Notes under the pieces: generated by a model | Database searches by the model: none | The model's input: only the letters and a program-made list of their open reading frames with translations | What the model was told of the DNA's origin: nothing | Source of the DNA: Coniocarpon cinnabarinum | Taxonomy: Eukaryota | Length of the DNA: 64,000 nt | Direction: 5' to 3' | Assembly (NCBI GenBank): GCA_051942205.1 | Contig: JAVECO010000032.1 | Location: forward strand, 62,001 to 126,000 | Part shown: one piece after another, positions 1-11,985 of the stretch | Numbering within the stretch: position 1 is the stretch's first letter | Layout: each line of letters starts with the position of its first letter | Made by a program: the position numbers and the translations under genes

Positions 1-429
1 TTCCTGTCTTGTACTATCTGCAGACCCTTCAGACGGCTCGGGCGAAACATCTTGAGAAGAGGTCACGCTGGGCGTCGTCGGCCGCTCTTCTGCGATATCA
101 GAAGCGCGTGTCGGGTTGTCAGTCTGCCTCTGATCTTGCTTTTGCGCAACAGTTTTTTTCGAGCCTTTGGATGTGCCCTTTTTAGTCCCGCGACCCACGC
201 GGCGGGTGCTCTTGCCAGCTCTATCCTCGCCCTTCTCATTCACGGCTTCGATGGCGATTTCGACCTCGTTGATTGCGCTTGAAGTCATCTCAGCAAGGGC
301 AGGACGTTCCTCAGCCTTCGCAGTCGAAACGACGGGCTCGGAGCCCTCCGTGGCAGTGTCATCAGTGGCTATATTGATATCTGATTCAGCCTCTTGGGCG
401 CGAGCAGCAGCGCGTGTGTTGCGAGGCAT
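1..429 (-). CDS. 5' part of a hypothetical low-complexity protein (MPRNTRAAARAQEAESD...), runs off the window edge
   Basis: ATG at 429 on the minus strand opens a 143-codon stop-free frame to position 1; charged, disordered composition. Absent from the ORF track because its stop lies outside the window. Confidence 0.7.
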   Translation of the reverse strand, partial: MPRNTRAAARAQEAESDINIATDDTATEGSEPVVSTAKAEERPALAEMTSSAINEVEIAIEAVNEKGEDRAGKSTRRVGRGTKKGTSKGSKKTVAQKQDQRQTDNPTRASDIAEERPTTPSVTSSQDVSPEPSEGSADSTRQE

Positions 430-1861
430 CGTGTAAAGCAAAGAGAACGCGTCTGAGTGACTTATATGGGTGCTGAAGGTATCAATGGGACAAGGGCACG
501 GGGTACGATTCTGGCCTTGTGCCAGTCAGTAAACATTCATTTGCACAGCAACCGTAAGGCAACTAGCGGCATCCTTGGCATCATCACCGCGCCGCGGGAC
601 CATTTTTCGCCTACTTTCATGGGTCCCGCGTCGGACTGTGTGATGCAATGACGGCGTATCAAAGCCGTGTGTCCTTCTGAGTGCGAAGCGAGCCTGTTGC
701 GTGCTCAGGACAAGGCTCTATCCCTGCGCAAGTGGCAGTCCGCAGTGATAGCTTGCAAGCGGCGATTCTGCACGGAACTGATGTCCAGATCAGCGAAGTC
801 GTAGGATGTTTCGTGGTAGCCCTTTCCTTCGCTGCAGAAGAGCCACGCTGCTTCAATGATCGGCGTGAAGCTCGGTAAACCTCCTGGAGACAGCTACGAC
901 GTATGGACAAGACCTAGATGAAGATGTACAGCTACAACTAAAAAAACAACTCGGACTACTGCGTCTCAACGGCAGAGGAGTGCTCAATCTCGATAGGTGT
1001 GTATTCATCGGCAGGCTTCCGTGGCTCATTCTAGCCAAGACTGTATCCCCGGCAGGTAAGTACCTGTGTCAAGGATGTATTCCGTTCAATGGAAATCAGG
1101 GCATCCGTCCGCCCAGTATATCGCTTTGGCAGTGGTGAGGACATCAATAACGCGTTTATCATGTGGTTGTTGAACTCTTGCTCTCAAGAGACCGAAACAA
1201 GCCGACTTTCTACAGAGCAAAGGCGACGTTGAGAAATGTCAAACATGTTTCGGATGGGTGTGACGGTGTTTTCGGCAATTCGTTCGGAGCGGGAGGTTGT
1301 CCTAAAGAAAGGCAAGGAAAGCCTAATAGCTCGGTGCAAGGCGATTCGTGAAGCAAGAAAGGAATATCAACTTTTTTCGTCACTTTCCCACGTGAAAATA
1401 ATGCGAGGAGTGCGTCGCTCCAGAAGCTTGTCGCATGCGCATTGGTTATTCGCAAGGTATTGCGTATTGCTGCAAATCATTCGAAGCGTTCATACAAACA
1501 AGAGGTGCTTGAAGGTACGTACCCTCCCAAAATCGCAAAGCAATTGGCCACGCCGCGACCTTGACGCATGTCATGACAATGCAACGGTCATACTCATGTA
1601 TTAGCAACATGAATAAGGAATGGTGGGCGAAAGTGGCCAACCAATCACGCCCAAGTCTTTGCAACAAGCGTGCCGCGTTGCTTCGGAGTATGAGCGATCC
1701 CAACAAGCTGCTGTCCAGATTAGGTCAATATTGAAAATGTTATTGCTCCGAGAAACACAAAGAAAACGAAATTCGCAACGCGGCTTTATGATAGAGCAGT
1801 TGCCAGACAGACATACATCTTTGCCACTTGGCACTCGCTTCATCAAACCGCAGAAACCAAA

Positions 1862-3187
1862 TTGTCTCAAACCGTTAGGGGAATGCAACCACGTCGGGGA
1901 GAGCAATCTAGGATCGGCGTTGCCGTGTCTTGTCTACCTATCAATACGATCCTCCAAGCGAGACATCGAGGCCGAAGCAACCGACGCCTGAATGGACGCA
2001 GAGCAAGGTCGGAGCCGGATGTGGCACGCTCATCAAGCTCACACGGATCGGTTCTTACCGAATTGACGTACGAGGACCAGTCAGACTACTATAGAGACAA
2101 CTTCCCTTGCAATCCTGAATACGTAGATCTCCAGCGGCGGCCCTCCAGCGCCAATTCGTTAAACCAAGCCTTCAGCCGTGCAATCCGCAGAACCCTCAGC
2201 CGTTTTCAAGGGCCGCTCCAACGTCGTTCGCAACAATCAAGCGGAGACCCTCGTAATACGAACAGTGCTCGCACCGCCGCGCGTTCCTCAGACTCTATGT
2301 CCTTCGAGCCTCTACACTCGGGCCAGTCTTATCACGAGCAGCATAGAGGGCTGCTTAACTTTGATCGTTCTGATGTGCCGCAGCGGCCCTCTAGCACTTC
2401 ACCCTCTAGCCAGACGACAGCAACGTTTGCCAATTGGCCGCAGATTCGATGCTCGCAAAACACAGCAACCGTGCTTGACCGCTCTGAAGATTCGGCCTTT
2501 ATATACGATGATCTCATGATTCCAGCAGTTTTAGCCAAAGTTCTGGAGAGACCTCGGTCTCGTCCCACGCTTGAACCAGCAGTTCTATACGAATACCGAC
2601 GCCATCGACTCCGCACTGATGAGCACATGGCTGCAATCGATCCTCAGCAAGGATGGGCAGTCCGTGGCATGCTGGTCACCGGCCTTGATCATTCAGACGT
2701 TGGAAAGCTGCAAAATCATTACTTGGAACAATATCAGCAGACAACAGTCAAAGTACGAGAGCTGAAGCGGAGCGCCAACAAATATGTGCCTTTGTTGCAT
2801 GCATCGAGAAAGAAATCCAAGGGTACAGTCGACATAGGCAACGCTCCGCGAGCTGAGCCTAGCCGTTGCTCAAACAGCAACTCTGGCAGGGATCGATCGA
2901 GTAGTAACTCCAAGGAAGGCGAAATAGAGACAGTGACATGGTTGTGGGCTAAGTCTGGGCAGTTGCTTGATGAGGAAGACTGGGATTACCAGACAGCTCT
3001 CAAGGAGCACAAGAAAATACAGCAGTCATCTAATCTGGACAGGATCGTAAACATCAGTACCCTAAAGCATCTTTCGAGGGTGTCCAGGCTGGCACAACAT
3101 CGCAGACTCCTTGGTGATTGCAGTGAGAACCCGAGAAGGACGGAGACTACCTTCCCTAGTGCGGACCTTGGCTGGAGTTTCGACTAG
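1862..3187 (+). CDS. Hypothetical Ser/Arg-rich protein; probably the last exon of a larger or decayed gene, start uncertain
   Basis: 441-codon open frame with no recognisable domain; upstream ORF fragments at 1236-1991 may be further exons. Confidence 0.4.
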   Translation: MSQTVRGMQPRRGEQSRIGVAVSCLPINTILQARHRGRSNRRLNGRRARSEPDVARSSSSHGSVLTELTYEDQSDYYRDNFPCNPEYVDLQRRPSSANSLNQAFSRAIRRTLSRFQGPLQRRSQQSSGDPRNTNSARTAARSSDSMSFEPLHSGQSYHEQHRGLLNFDRSDVPQRPSSTSPSSQTTATFANWPQIRCSQNTATVLDRSEDSAFIYDDLMIPAVLAKVLERPRSRPTLEPAVLYEYRRHRLRTDEHMAAIDPQQGWAVRGMLVTGLDHSDVGKLQNHYLEQYQQTTVKVRELKRSANKYVPLLHASRKKSKGTVDIGNAPRAEPSRCSNSNSGRDRSSSNSKEGEIETVTWLWAKSGQLLDEEDWDYQTALKEHKKIQQSSNLDRIVNISTLKHLSRVSRLAQHRRLLGDCSENPRRTETTFPSADLGWSFD

Positions 3188-3640
3188 GCTAACTCGTTCA
3201 AGTAGTGAGTTGATGGCAAGGGCCGAGTAGGAAAGCACTTGCCGCATGTTCATTCAGCAACTTATGAGGCACAGGGGCCTTCCGCCAATGTGTCCAAAGC
3301 TTTTTGATCTGAATCTCCGTTATCGCACAGGCTCCCCTCCTAAACCAATATCCGGCAACGACTTCTGTCCGTGACCCTTGCGGCGCAATTGAAGCTCTAT
3401 CATCCCACCACAGTGCTAGCAACGATCATGCCCAAGAACTCTATATGTAAGCCAGTTCATGCGAAAAAGAGGATGCAGCAGCACAAGTTGCTGCTCACAG
3501 ATTCATCACGGTTCAGTTCCAGCAAAATATCAATACGTCTTACGCACTATTCAGGCATGTTGTGAGGAATGTCATTGACTTGCGTATTGATTTCTAAAGT
3601 CATTATAGGGGATGATGAGCTACATCACCGAGCCTCGATC

Positions 3641-4261
3641 TTACTTTGAGGTCACTCTCATCCCTTGAATCACCTCTGAATTGAATTCACGTTGGACGCC
3701 ATTCTTCGCGACAGTCCCGGTTGCGGCGGCGCCACCCACTTCCTTCATGAAGCCCAACGTCCCGACGGTGCTCTTCCAGTACGAAATGTACTTCGGTTTG
3801 AGCAAAATGACATGGTAACGGGGGTCCTCCGGGCGGCCATTGTGGACACCATCGCCCAAGTCTCCGAACCAAGCCGACACAATGGGGTTGTAGAGCTCCT
3901 TGACGAGAGCGTCATCACGTCCAGCGAGCGTGATTTCGCCGGTGATGCTGGCCCAGTTCTGAGAGGAGGAGTTCTGGAAGGTGATCTGAGCGGTCTTGTT
4001 AGAGGCGATGTCCTGGAACTTGTGCGAGTTCTTGTTGGCGAGGAAGTAGAAGTCGGGACCGTCACGCTTGGCTATGCCCATTGAGCGAGAGACGGGGCCC
4101 ACGTTGGGACGGTTGGTGGTGAGAAGGCCGATCCTCTCTGAGTCGACATATTCGTAGAACTCTTTGATTTGATCGGCCATGGGCGTCTCTCTGTCATACT
4201 GCTTTGAGATGGAGGAGTCTGTTTTGGCATTGACCTCTTCAGGCTTGAGTTGCTCCGGCAT
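3641..4261 (-). CDS. bli-3: BLI-3-like protein (pyridoxamine 5'-phosphate oxidase-like FMN-binding split barrel)
   Basis: Single-exon 206 aa ORF with strong codon bias; VSRSMGIAKRDGPDFYFLAN..SHKF and AWFGDLGDGVHNGRPEDPR match the fungal BLI-3 family. Confidence 0.85.
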   Translation of the reverse strand: MPEQLKPEEVNAKTDSSISKQYDRETPMADQIKEFYEYVDSERIGLLTTNRPNVGPVSRSMGIAKRDGPDFYFLANKNSHKFQDIASNKTAQITFQNSSSQNWASITGEITLAGRDDALVKELYNPIVSAWFGDLGDGVHNGRPEDPRYHVILLKPKYISYWKSTVGTLGFMKEVGGAAATGTVAKNGVQREFNSEVIQGMRVTSK

Positions 4262-6726
4262 GGTGTGGTAATGTGACTGGTGATCTAGGATGAGACTGGA
4301 TTGTGCGGATGCTTGGGAGAGTTCGAGAAGCTTGGTGGAGGATGAAGCGGCGTCTGGAAGAGGTTTGGAAGAAAGAGAATTAATATATCTGCCTGCATGT
4401 TGGAGCGATCGATGACGAAGCTCGATGAGCGCGTGTCATGTGTGACCCGTCTTGGCGCTTCTTGCTCGATTTCCGATGTGCCTTTTCATCCTTTTTACCT
4501 CTCTCTATTATCCGATGCGTGAATAACGTCGCTAAACATCGTGGTGAAGATGACTGCGTCTTCGAAGCAACGTGAGCAATCCTGTAAGACCACTTGGCGC
4601 ACCGATGTCCACGATAAGTATTCGCCTACTTCGCTCCCTCTGTAGTGATATACACACCCGTCGTTGCGGAAAGTTTCCAATCCTTCACTTACTTCAAGAC
4701 CGCGACCTTTGGCTAGAACATTCAAGGAGTGTTCCACTTGTCACATGCTAACGTTGCCAAGACGTACGCGTCCCTAAGGCACGCAGTACGTTCAAGCCCG
4801 AGATGTTATTCCCTAATGTGTTCTGTTTGGCCGTGGTCATTCCGAGCTTCCTGAGTTCAGGGCTGATCATGGGTTCGGTCTGCATCGACCGTCAGCGAAG
4901 CAGACCTCGATTGCCCTGCTTCACAATCAGTGCCGCTGGAAGGTCGTGTGTCACTGTGCTCGCATGCTGTCTCCAAAGGAGTGTCACAACTTTCTCTTCA
5001 GCCGGCGTACTCTCCTCGACGAGCATTCACTTTTGAGAATGGTGAGTACTGACAGCACTTCAAGTGCGCTGGACCATATCGCGCTCGTGTAGGAGGCGGA
5101 AACCTCGGTTTTGGTGCCAGCAGCCACCTGATGAACCCTTCATCTGTTTCGTTGGAGAGTCCAGACTGGAATCTCTTTAACATTAGGAATCTTGAAACGT
5201 AGGTATCTGATCCTAGTTCATGGTCCTACGGTCAATAGTGATACCTCTGTACCATACACATATAGCTCCGCCGAGTTACCACAGGTCTTGGTCGAGTGCG
5301 TAGTCGACTCCGGTGCGTTAATAGACGAGCAATCCCAGTGGGCGCGCGTATTATGCTGCGCGCCGATACCCCTCTAAGAGCAAGCACCGAGATCCGAGCC
5401 TCCGCCTCTCGATGAAGCACTCTGGTATGCAATTTGCATCGAACAAAGGTCTGGACGCCACATCGGCTCTGCTAGGTCAGGCTATTCCAGCAGTGCGTAC
5501 CCTTACCACCACCCACCCACGTAGCACATACCGAGCCTCGTTTGCTTGCGGCCGGTAAACGTCACTGAGCGATTGAAAGCAAAATGCCGAGCGAAGCTTC
5601 TTTGCTCACTTCACTTTTATCTAGCCTGATGTTGTTTCCATCACGAAGCCTGCGACTGGCCAGGAGAGCTATGTCGTTTCAGGGAAACACTGCCATCAGT
5701 GGCGAATTACAGGTAGAGGACGGTGCTGCGAGCAGGTGCAGCGTGTGCGTCTCCGTCACAAATTACGGTTTCAAGCGACGGCGCAAGTAGTGCATTGATC
5801 AGTGCTCAATGCAGAATGGCATCTTGTTTGCTTCAGATACAAATGACGAGGACCTGGTTCGCCTTGGTCTCGGGAAGACAAACCTCAGACCAGTCACCAT
5901 TCACGCCATGTTATGCATAGGGGCGTGGAGTACTTGACGGTAAGAGCAAACCCCATCTGTAATTTACCGAGCACTTGTCATGCAAGATTCTAGCGCGTTT
6001 GAGAGGTGAAAGTGGGTCTTGCCCGGCTGAATTTGCGGAGTGATCGACACCAAGCGCTCGGCAGAGCAGGGATAAAGGATCAGGTCACGCGTTTTGACCG
6101 GCTCATGTCGATTGAAGCCTGAGACTGTGCTCCTTGTTACTACGATGACAGCTCTTCAATGCAGGAGTAGTCAATCAAGCCTCAGACTCCAACGTTTCAT
6201 GCTGCGGTATCTAGACAGTGACTCGCACAGCTACGTTGAATGGCGAAAAGAAGGAGAAAAAGATCGTTGAACATCTACTCTTGCTACTCCGCACTGCGCC
6301 GCGACAACGAAGACACCGCGCCTTAGCCTAGCGCTAGAGAACACCGTCTCACAGCCTTCCTCGGTCTGCAAAGACGATCGCTGCTTGTCACCCATACTCC
6401 TGCAGAGGATCCAACACAGGCCGAGACACTTGCTCTGCTGAGAGTTCTGGCGTTCCGACATCCTCCCATTGCTATGATACCCTGGTCCAGCATCAATAAG
6501 CCATTGGCCTGCCTGAAGCGGTCAAGTCCTCGGTCGTCTAGATGTCATGCTCCTTAACCGAGTGCTCAATCACATAGCCGGGCATTGCCAGTGTGAGGCA
6601 TCATATTTAAGACAGAAGATGTCTTTGAATGTTTTTGAGATGCAGCCCATTTCATCTTGGCCATCATTTCTTCAACGTGCAAGCAGCCAAACATCATCCT
6701 TTCTTCGAAATCAATCGTCCTTCATT

Positions 6727-7575
6727 ATGAAAGGCCTCCTCGCCACCACACTCATTCTGCCCACCGCCCTCTCCCTACCCAGCCACTTCACAGCCCTCTC
6801 TCCTCGCCAAACGACCTCCACTTGCGCCACCGGCGTTCACATCATAGTCACACGTGGCTCTACCGAGCCTCAAGGCGACGGTGAAACAGCGAGCCTCTCA
6901 ACACTGATCCAACAGCAAATCCCCGGCTCAGATGACTACGCCACCGTCTACCCGGCGCTGTTAGATCCATACCAGCAGTCGGAGGGCAACGGCACTCAAG
7001 CCATCCTCACGGAGGTTCAGCAGTATGTGACCAGCTGTCCAGACACGAAGATTGTCCTCCTCGGCTGGAGCCAAGGTGGACAGACGGAGCTAGATGCGCT
7101 TTGTGGGACGAGTGAAGCCAACTTTACTGCCACGGCGCCTTTGGATCCAAAGTATGGAAAGAATATTGCGGCTGTGATTGCGTATGGTGATCCAAGTCGC
7201 GCGATCGGGCAAAGTTACAACGTGGGCAATGCGACAGATGCGCAGATGAGTGTAAGTTTTCCATTATCTTCTTGCTTGTGGCAACGGTTACGAAAGATGA
7301 AGGTGAGGTCCTGACTTCATGCTAACGAGTGTGTGATGAACAGATCTTCCCGCGACAGAACACAGCGGGCTGTGACCCGTATGCATCAAAAATACAGTCC
7401 TACTGCGATATTGGGGACCCGTTCTGTGCGAGCGGCGACATCCTGGACGTGCATCTACAGTGAGTTCCAACCCGGACCAGCGTCTCAGTAGAAGCTAACA
7501 AAAGCCTTTAGATATTTTGACAAGTACAACACGGCTGCAGCGAAATTTGTGGTCGACAAAGTAAACGACGCATGA
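6727..7575 (+). CDS. Secreted CE5 acetylxylan esterase/cutinase-family protein
   Basis: Signal peptide MKGLLATTLILPTALS; RGSTEP, GWSQGG nucleophile, YCDIGDPFC and His motifs. Exons 6727-7251, 7344-7459, 7512-7575 with GT-AG introns and CTAAC branch sites. Confidence 0.9.
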
Positions 7576-8262
7576 TGAACGAGAGAAATAGGGTTCATGG
7601 GATTTGTTACGCGTATTGACTTTGTTTCTCTTGATATACTTATTACTGAGCGGACGGGAGGGTCGCAGCGAGGTGTTGAATAGACATTACGCGCTGCGAC
7701 ATTCTTCCGATCCAGTTCACCATATCATGAATTGATCCAGGCACTTCTGAGATACATTACCAGGATATTTAATTGTAGGACCAAATCCTTGTATGCGGCA
7801 TCGCGGAGGTCACGTTTGGGGCTAAGACGTTTAAAGAAGCTCATTATGTCAGTGTCTCTCATCCCCACAACTTTACACTCCGCTGCAACTCTGAGCAATG
7901 CTGTGCTTTGGGGGACGACTGGATGCATGGGGAAGAGACGAGGATGCTTTGACGTGGGGTGCTTTAGCAGCTCGGAAGGTGGTGCTGCTCCACTGTGGCG
8001 TTCGACGCAATGGAGGCCGACATGCCTCAAGCAGCGCACCAGTGGCGGTCAGACCTAAATGAAACTGTGTGCAGATGAGCGGGTGACCATAGTACGCGAG
8101 CGTTTGACGTGGCGGTTCCGGATTACCTGTGTTTAATAAGTGTGTGTAGCCGGGTCTCTTGACGTCGAAAGACCTTCACACCTCCGCTGAACTCTCAGGC
8201 TCGACTCGGCGTTTTGCACATCTGGTCTGCGTTGATTCGTACTGCTTCGCTACACGTGCAAC

Positions 8263-9234
8263 ATGGCGCCATTATCTCTTCTAGTCAGCGTTCTCGCCAC
8301 CTTGGCCACAAAATCAATAGCTTCCCCTGTGGCCTCCGCTGCGGCGGCGCAACCTACACTGTACCTCGCTGGTGATTCCACGATGACGCCCGCAGGAAAC
8401 GCTGATGGTACTCAAGGCTGGGGCGTGCCTCTGGTCAGCGACATGACGATTCCAATTGTGAACAATGCTATTGCGGGACGATCCGCACGCTCGTTCACGC
8501 GCGAGGGTCGATTCACCGCCATGGCTCAGAATGTAAAGCAAGGAGACTACGTAATCATTGAGTTTGGGCACAATGATGGAGGAAGTCTGACGCCTACGGA
8601 TAATGGGTACGCGGAAGGGGCAGATGGGGAGATGGAGCAAAGAAAACATGTTGACGTGCGCCGACAGACGGACTGACTGCAATCCTGTGAATGGAAACTA
8701 CGCCACGACCTGTCAAACGACATACAGGTGAGTCCTTTGTATTGCTTCTCTGTATGAAAGAGGCTTTGTGCTGATGACTTTTGAATTGTAGTGGCGTTGC
8801 TGAGACAGTGCTCACCTACGAAGCCTACCTCGTCAATGCCGCGAAGCTCTTCCAATCCAAAGGCGCCACCGTCATCATCTCGAGCGCTACGCCCAACAAC
8901 GTCTGGGAAACTGGCACCTACACGTATAGCGCCAATCGTTTCGTCGGCTACGCTCGCGACGCTGCTGCCGCCACTAAATCCGTGTTTATCGACCACGGAC
9001 AGTCGACTGCTGATGCTTATCAGAAGTTGGGTAGGTCATCCGTCTGCTGTATACAGCATGTACAGTCGCATGAGAAGTTACTAATGCTTGATGATAGGTG
9101 CCACGACGGTAGACTCTTTCTATCCGCATGACCACACGCATACCAGCCCTGCTGGTGCTACCGTGGTCGCACAGGCCTTTGTAACGGCATTGAAGGCGTC
9201 GAGCAGTGCGCTGAAGGCGTATATAAAGTCCTAG
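8263..9234 (+). CDS. Secreted rhamnogalacturonan acetylesterase (CE12, SGNH/GDSL)
   Basis: Signal peptide; [22 protein letters not shown] and DHTHTS blocks; four exons joined by three GT-AG introns, ending at TAG 9232-9234. Confidence 0.9.
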
Positions 9235-9709
9235 TTGAGCGAATGGCTTGCAGAATTGATTGCGTTCTTCAACACATTTCCCGATGTCTGTGAAGATCCA
9301 TGTAGACAGATGCTTCCTGCGTGAAGACGCGTGCCTATCGAAACCAAATCAGATAATTTGGAGAATGCGTGCCTGAGAATCCAGGCTGTAATTTTGCACT
9401 CGAATGCCTTGAGCACATCGGAGTCACGTCATTCCGTAAAGTTAACATGTAGAATCTGGAGTGCCAGCGCTTCGTGACGCGGACCAAGATGTGCGGCACA
9501 ATGTCTTCTCCGAGTTTGTCGGAGCGTGATGGTTTGCTCGAGCCCAGGGTTGGTGCGGCGAGTGAGACGGCAGACTCTAATCTGGAAGCTGGAGGGGTCG
9601 AAACTATATCAACAGTACGAACGCGTTCCCACTCCCTCTATGCAGTGCATCTTACAGCAATTCTTTAAGGTCTCGAAACAGAATAAGCTCATATTCCCTG
9701 GCATGAACC

Positions 9710-10864
9710 ATGACCAACATCACTCAGCGGCAAGCTTGGCGGCGGAGGGATGATTTCACACCAGGTACACTGAAGCTGAAGCTTGTCACAGAGGCTCTGC
9801 CCTTGCCTCTGGCACCAACAGCTGCACTCATCAGAGTCCACGCCGTGTCTCTGAACTACAGAGATGCCAACATTGCCAATGGCGGTAACCCATGGCCCGT
9901 GATACCCCATGGTATCATTTGCAACGATGCTGCCGGCGAGGTCATTGCAATTGGCGACAAAGTCAAGCACTTCAAAATTGGGGATCGTGTATCACCCCAT
10001 GTTGATTCACATTATATCACTGATCGATCGGTGGGAAGGTCCTGGTTAGCAGCAAACGAAGACGGGGTTCTCGCGAACTACATAGTGTATGATGAGGAGG
10101 TGCTCAGCAGGCTTCCAAACTACCTTTCGTGGGAGTGCGCTTGCTTAATACCCTGCGCTGGGGTCACTGCTTGGTCTGCGATCAGGGGCATCGGCGTGGG
10201 AAAAAGCGTCTTGATTCAAGGCACGTGCCCCTTGTTATAAGATGGGTGCAAATGTACTGACGACGCTGTTAGGAACGGGTGGTGTCAGCAGCTGGGCGTT
10301 AAAGCTTGCGCGGGTCTCGGGGCTGAACATCATTTTGACATCGTCGAGCGACGAGAAGCTCAGCAAGATGCAGAAGTTGTTTGGCACGCCTACAATACGG
10401 ACTATAAATTACGCCAAGAATCCTGAATGGGACGTAGAAGCTCTCAAGATGACGGGTGGCATTGGAGTCGACTTAGTCGTAGAGCACGGCGGTGCTTCTT
10501 CACTGGTGAGAAGCATGCGATGTACACGACGTGGTGGCATAGTCAGTCAGGTGGGATATCTTGGAAAACAACACCCGGAGGACCTGAAGGACTTTGTATC
10601 AACGATAATTGATAGACGGATCGTGCTGAGGTAAGATTTTCTGTCACTAGTACTCATACTGGGAATGCTAAGGAGGGGAACAGGGGCATCAACGCTGGCT
10701 CGAAGTTTGACATGGACGACCTATGTGCAGCTCTAGAGACCACGCAGATGCAGCTTGACGATATAATAGACAAAACATATCCATTCGAACACGCCGAAGA
10801 GGCGGTGCAATGTTTGTGGGAGGGTAAAGTACTTGGCAAGGTTGTGATATCACCTATCCAATAG
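9710..10864 (+). CDS. Medium-chain dehydrogenase/reductase (zinc-type alcohol dehydrogenase-like)
   Basis: VHAVSLNYRD, PCAGVTAW, VLIQGTGGVS (split by GC-AG intron 10221-10272), second intron after 10630, terminal IIDKTYPFE..GKVVI. Confidence 0.88.
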
Positions 10865-10939
10865 ACAGCTTTTAGGCTGACGCAGATGCGTCTTATTTTC
10901 GCACGGGACGGCAGCCACTTTGAGCTTGGAATGTAGGCG

Positions 10940-10942
<3 letters not shown>

Positions 10943-10983
<41 letters not shown>
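10943..10983. repeat. (AC)20 microsatellite
   Basis: Perfect AC dinucleotide run between two convergent genes. Confidence 0.98.
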
Positions 10984-10984
<1 letters not shown>

Positions 10985-11097
10985 CGTTGCTTGATGTCTC
11001 TACATTGTCAATGGTCTATTTTCTTGTTGAGCATCCTCAAAACACCGCCAGAAGGAAATATGGTATCGCGTTAGATAGCAGCCGTGGCGGCGGCATT

Positions 11098-11985
11098 TCA
11101 GGCCTGTTGCATGAGCCATATCCCCAGTTCAAACGCAAGCTTGCTCGGATTGTCATACTGCACGAGGTGGCCGGCTTCTTCAATAAGCACGACTTTTTGA
11201 GCATTCAAAGCTGTTGCCAAACGATGTGCAATCTCGGGAGGTAACCAAGAGTCGTTCGCTCCCCACATGACCTTGACTGGAATCTGTTTTCCAACATCTC
11301 CATAACGCTTCTCAAGATCCCCGGTAGTCCTATTGTGCGCCTGTACCATCTCCTGCAGGAACCGAGCAGGGCCCTGAGTACCACCCTCTGACCACTGCTG
11401 CGCAAACGAATCCTCGACTTCTGGACTCATGCCCTTGTGGGAAGCTCCGCGGATATAGGACCGCACAAAACCATCCACAAATCTTGCAGGTATCTGCTCA
11501 AAGACTGACTGATTATTGGCCACGACGTTGAAGATCGGAAGGCCGAAAGGACCCATCGCAACAACGTCCATCAAGCACAGGCTCACAAACTTGATGCCAT
11601 GCTCCAGGAATAGACGCAAGGACACCAGTCCGCCATTATCATGCGCAACAACGTGCGGTGGCTGTGAGAATTTGAAGTGATCGAAGAGAGCTGCGGAGGC
11701 TTGCGCTCGGAGAGCTAGACTTCCGTCCAGGTCTGGCTCTTTGCCGTCAAGCCTGCGAGGCTGCGGCGAATGACCAAAACCTGGATGATCATATAGATAG
11801 ATGCAGAAATGATCTCTCAGGACCAATGCTAGATCGTGCCATTCTACACTTGACCAAGGTGTGCCGTGTATGAATACAAGTGGAGGTTTCGTGGCGTCCC
11901 CTATCCTGGTCCAGTGGATGTCGAAGTGGTGAGTTGAGTTACTGCAAGAGAATACGGCATCAAGCTCGACTTTCTTTCCCCCCAT
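11098..11985 (-). CDS. Alpha/beta-fold hydrolase (Asp-nucleophile, epoxide hydrolase/dehalogenase-like)
   Basis: 295 aa single exon; FIHGTPWS, YDHPGFG, VAHDNGG, WGANDSW and EAGHLVQ motifs. Confidence 0.88.
   Translation of the reverse strand: MGGKKVELDAVFSCSNSTHHFDIHWTRIGDATKPPLVFIHGTPWSSVEWHDLALVLRDHFCIYLYDHPGFGHSPQPRRLDGKEPDLDGSLALRAQASAALFDHFKFSQPPHVVAHDNGGLVSLRLFLEHGIKFVSLCLMDVVAMGPFGLPIFNVVANNQSVFEQIPARFVDGFVRSYIRGASHKGMSPEVEDSFAQQWSEGGTQGPARFLQEMVQAHNRTTGDLEKRYGDVGKQIPVKVMWGANDSWLPPEIAHRLATALNAQKVVLIEEAGHLVQYDNPSKLAFELGIWLMQQA

Noticed and set aside
6547..6726. 60-codon N-terminal extension of the CE5 ORF
   Set aside because: The signal peptide begins at ATG 6727; the extension spans a TATA-like element and the likely 5' UTR.
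10654..10980. ORF beginning MCVCVCVCV
   Set aside because: Artefact of the (AC)n microsatellite, antisense to the dehydrogenase.
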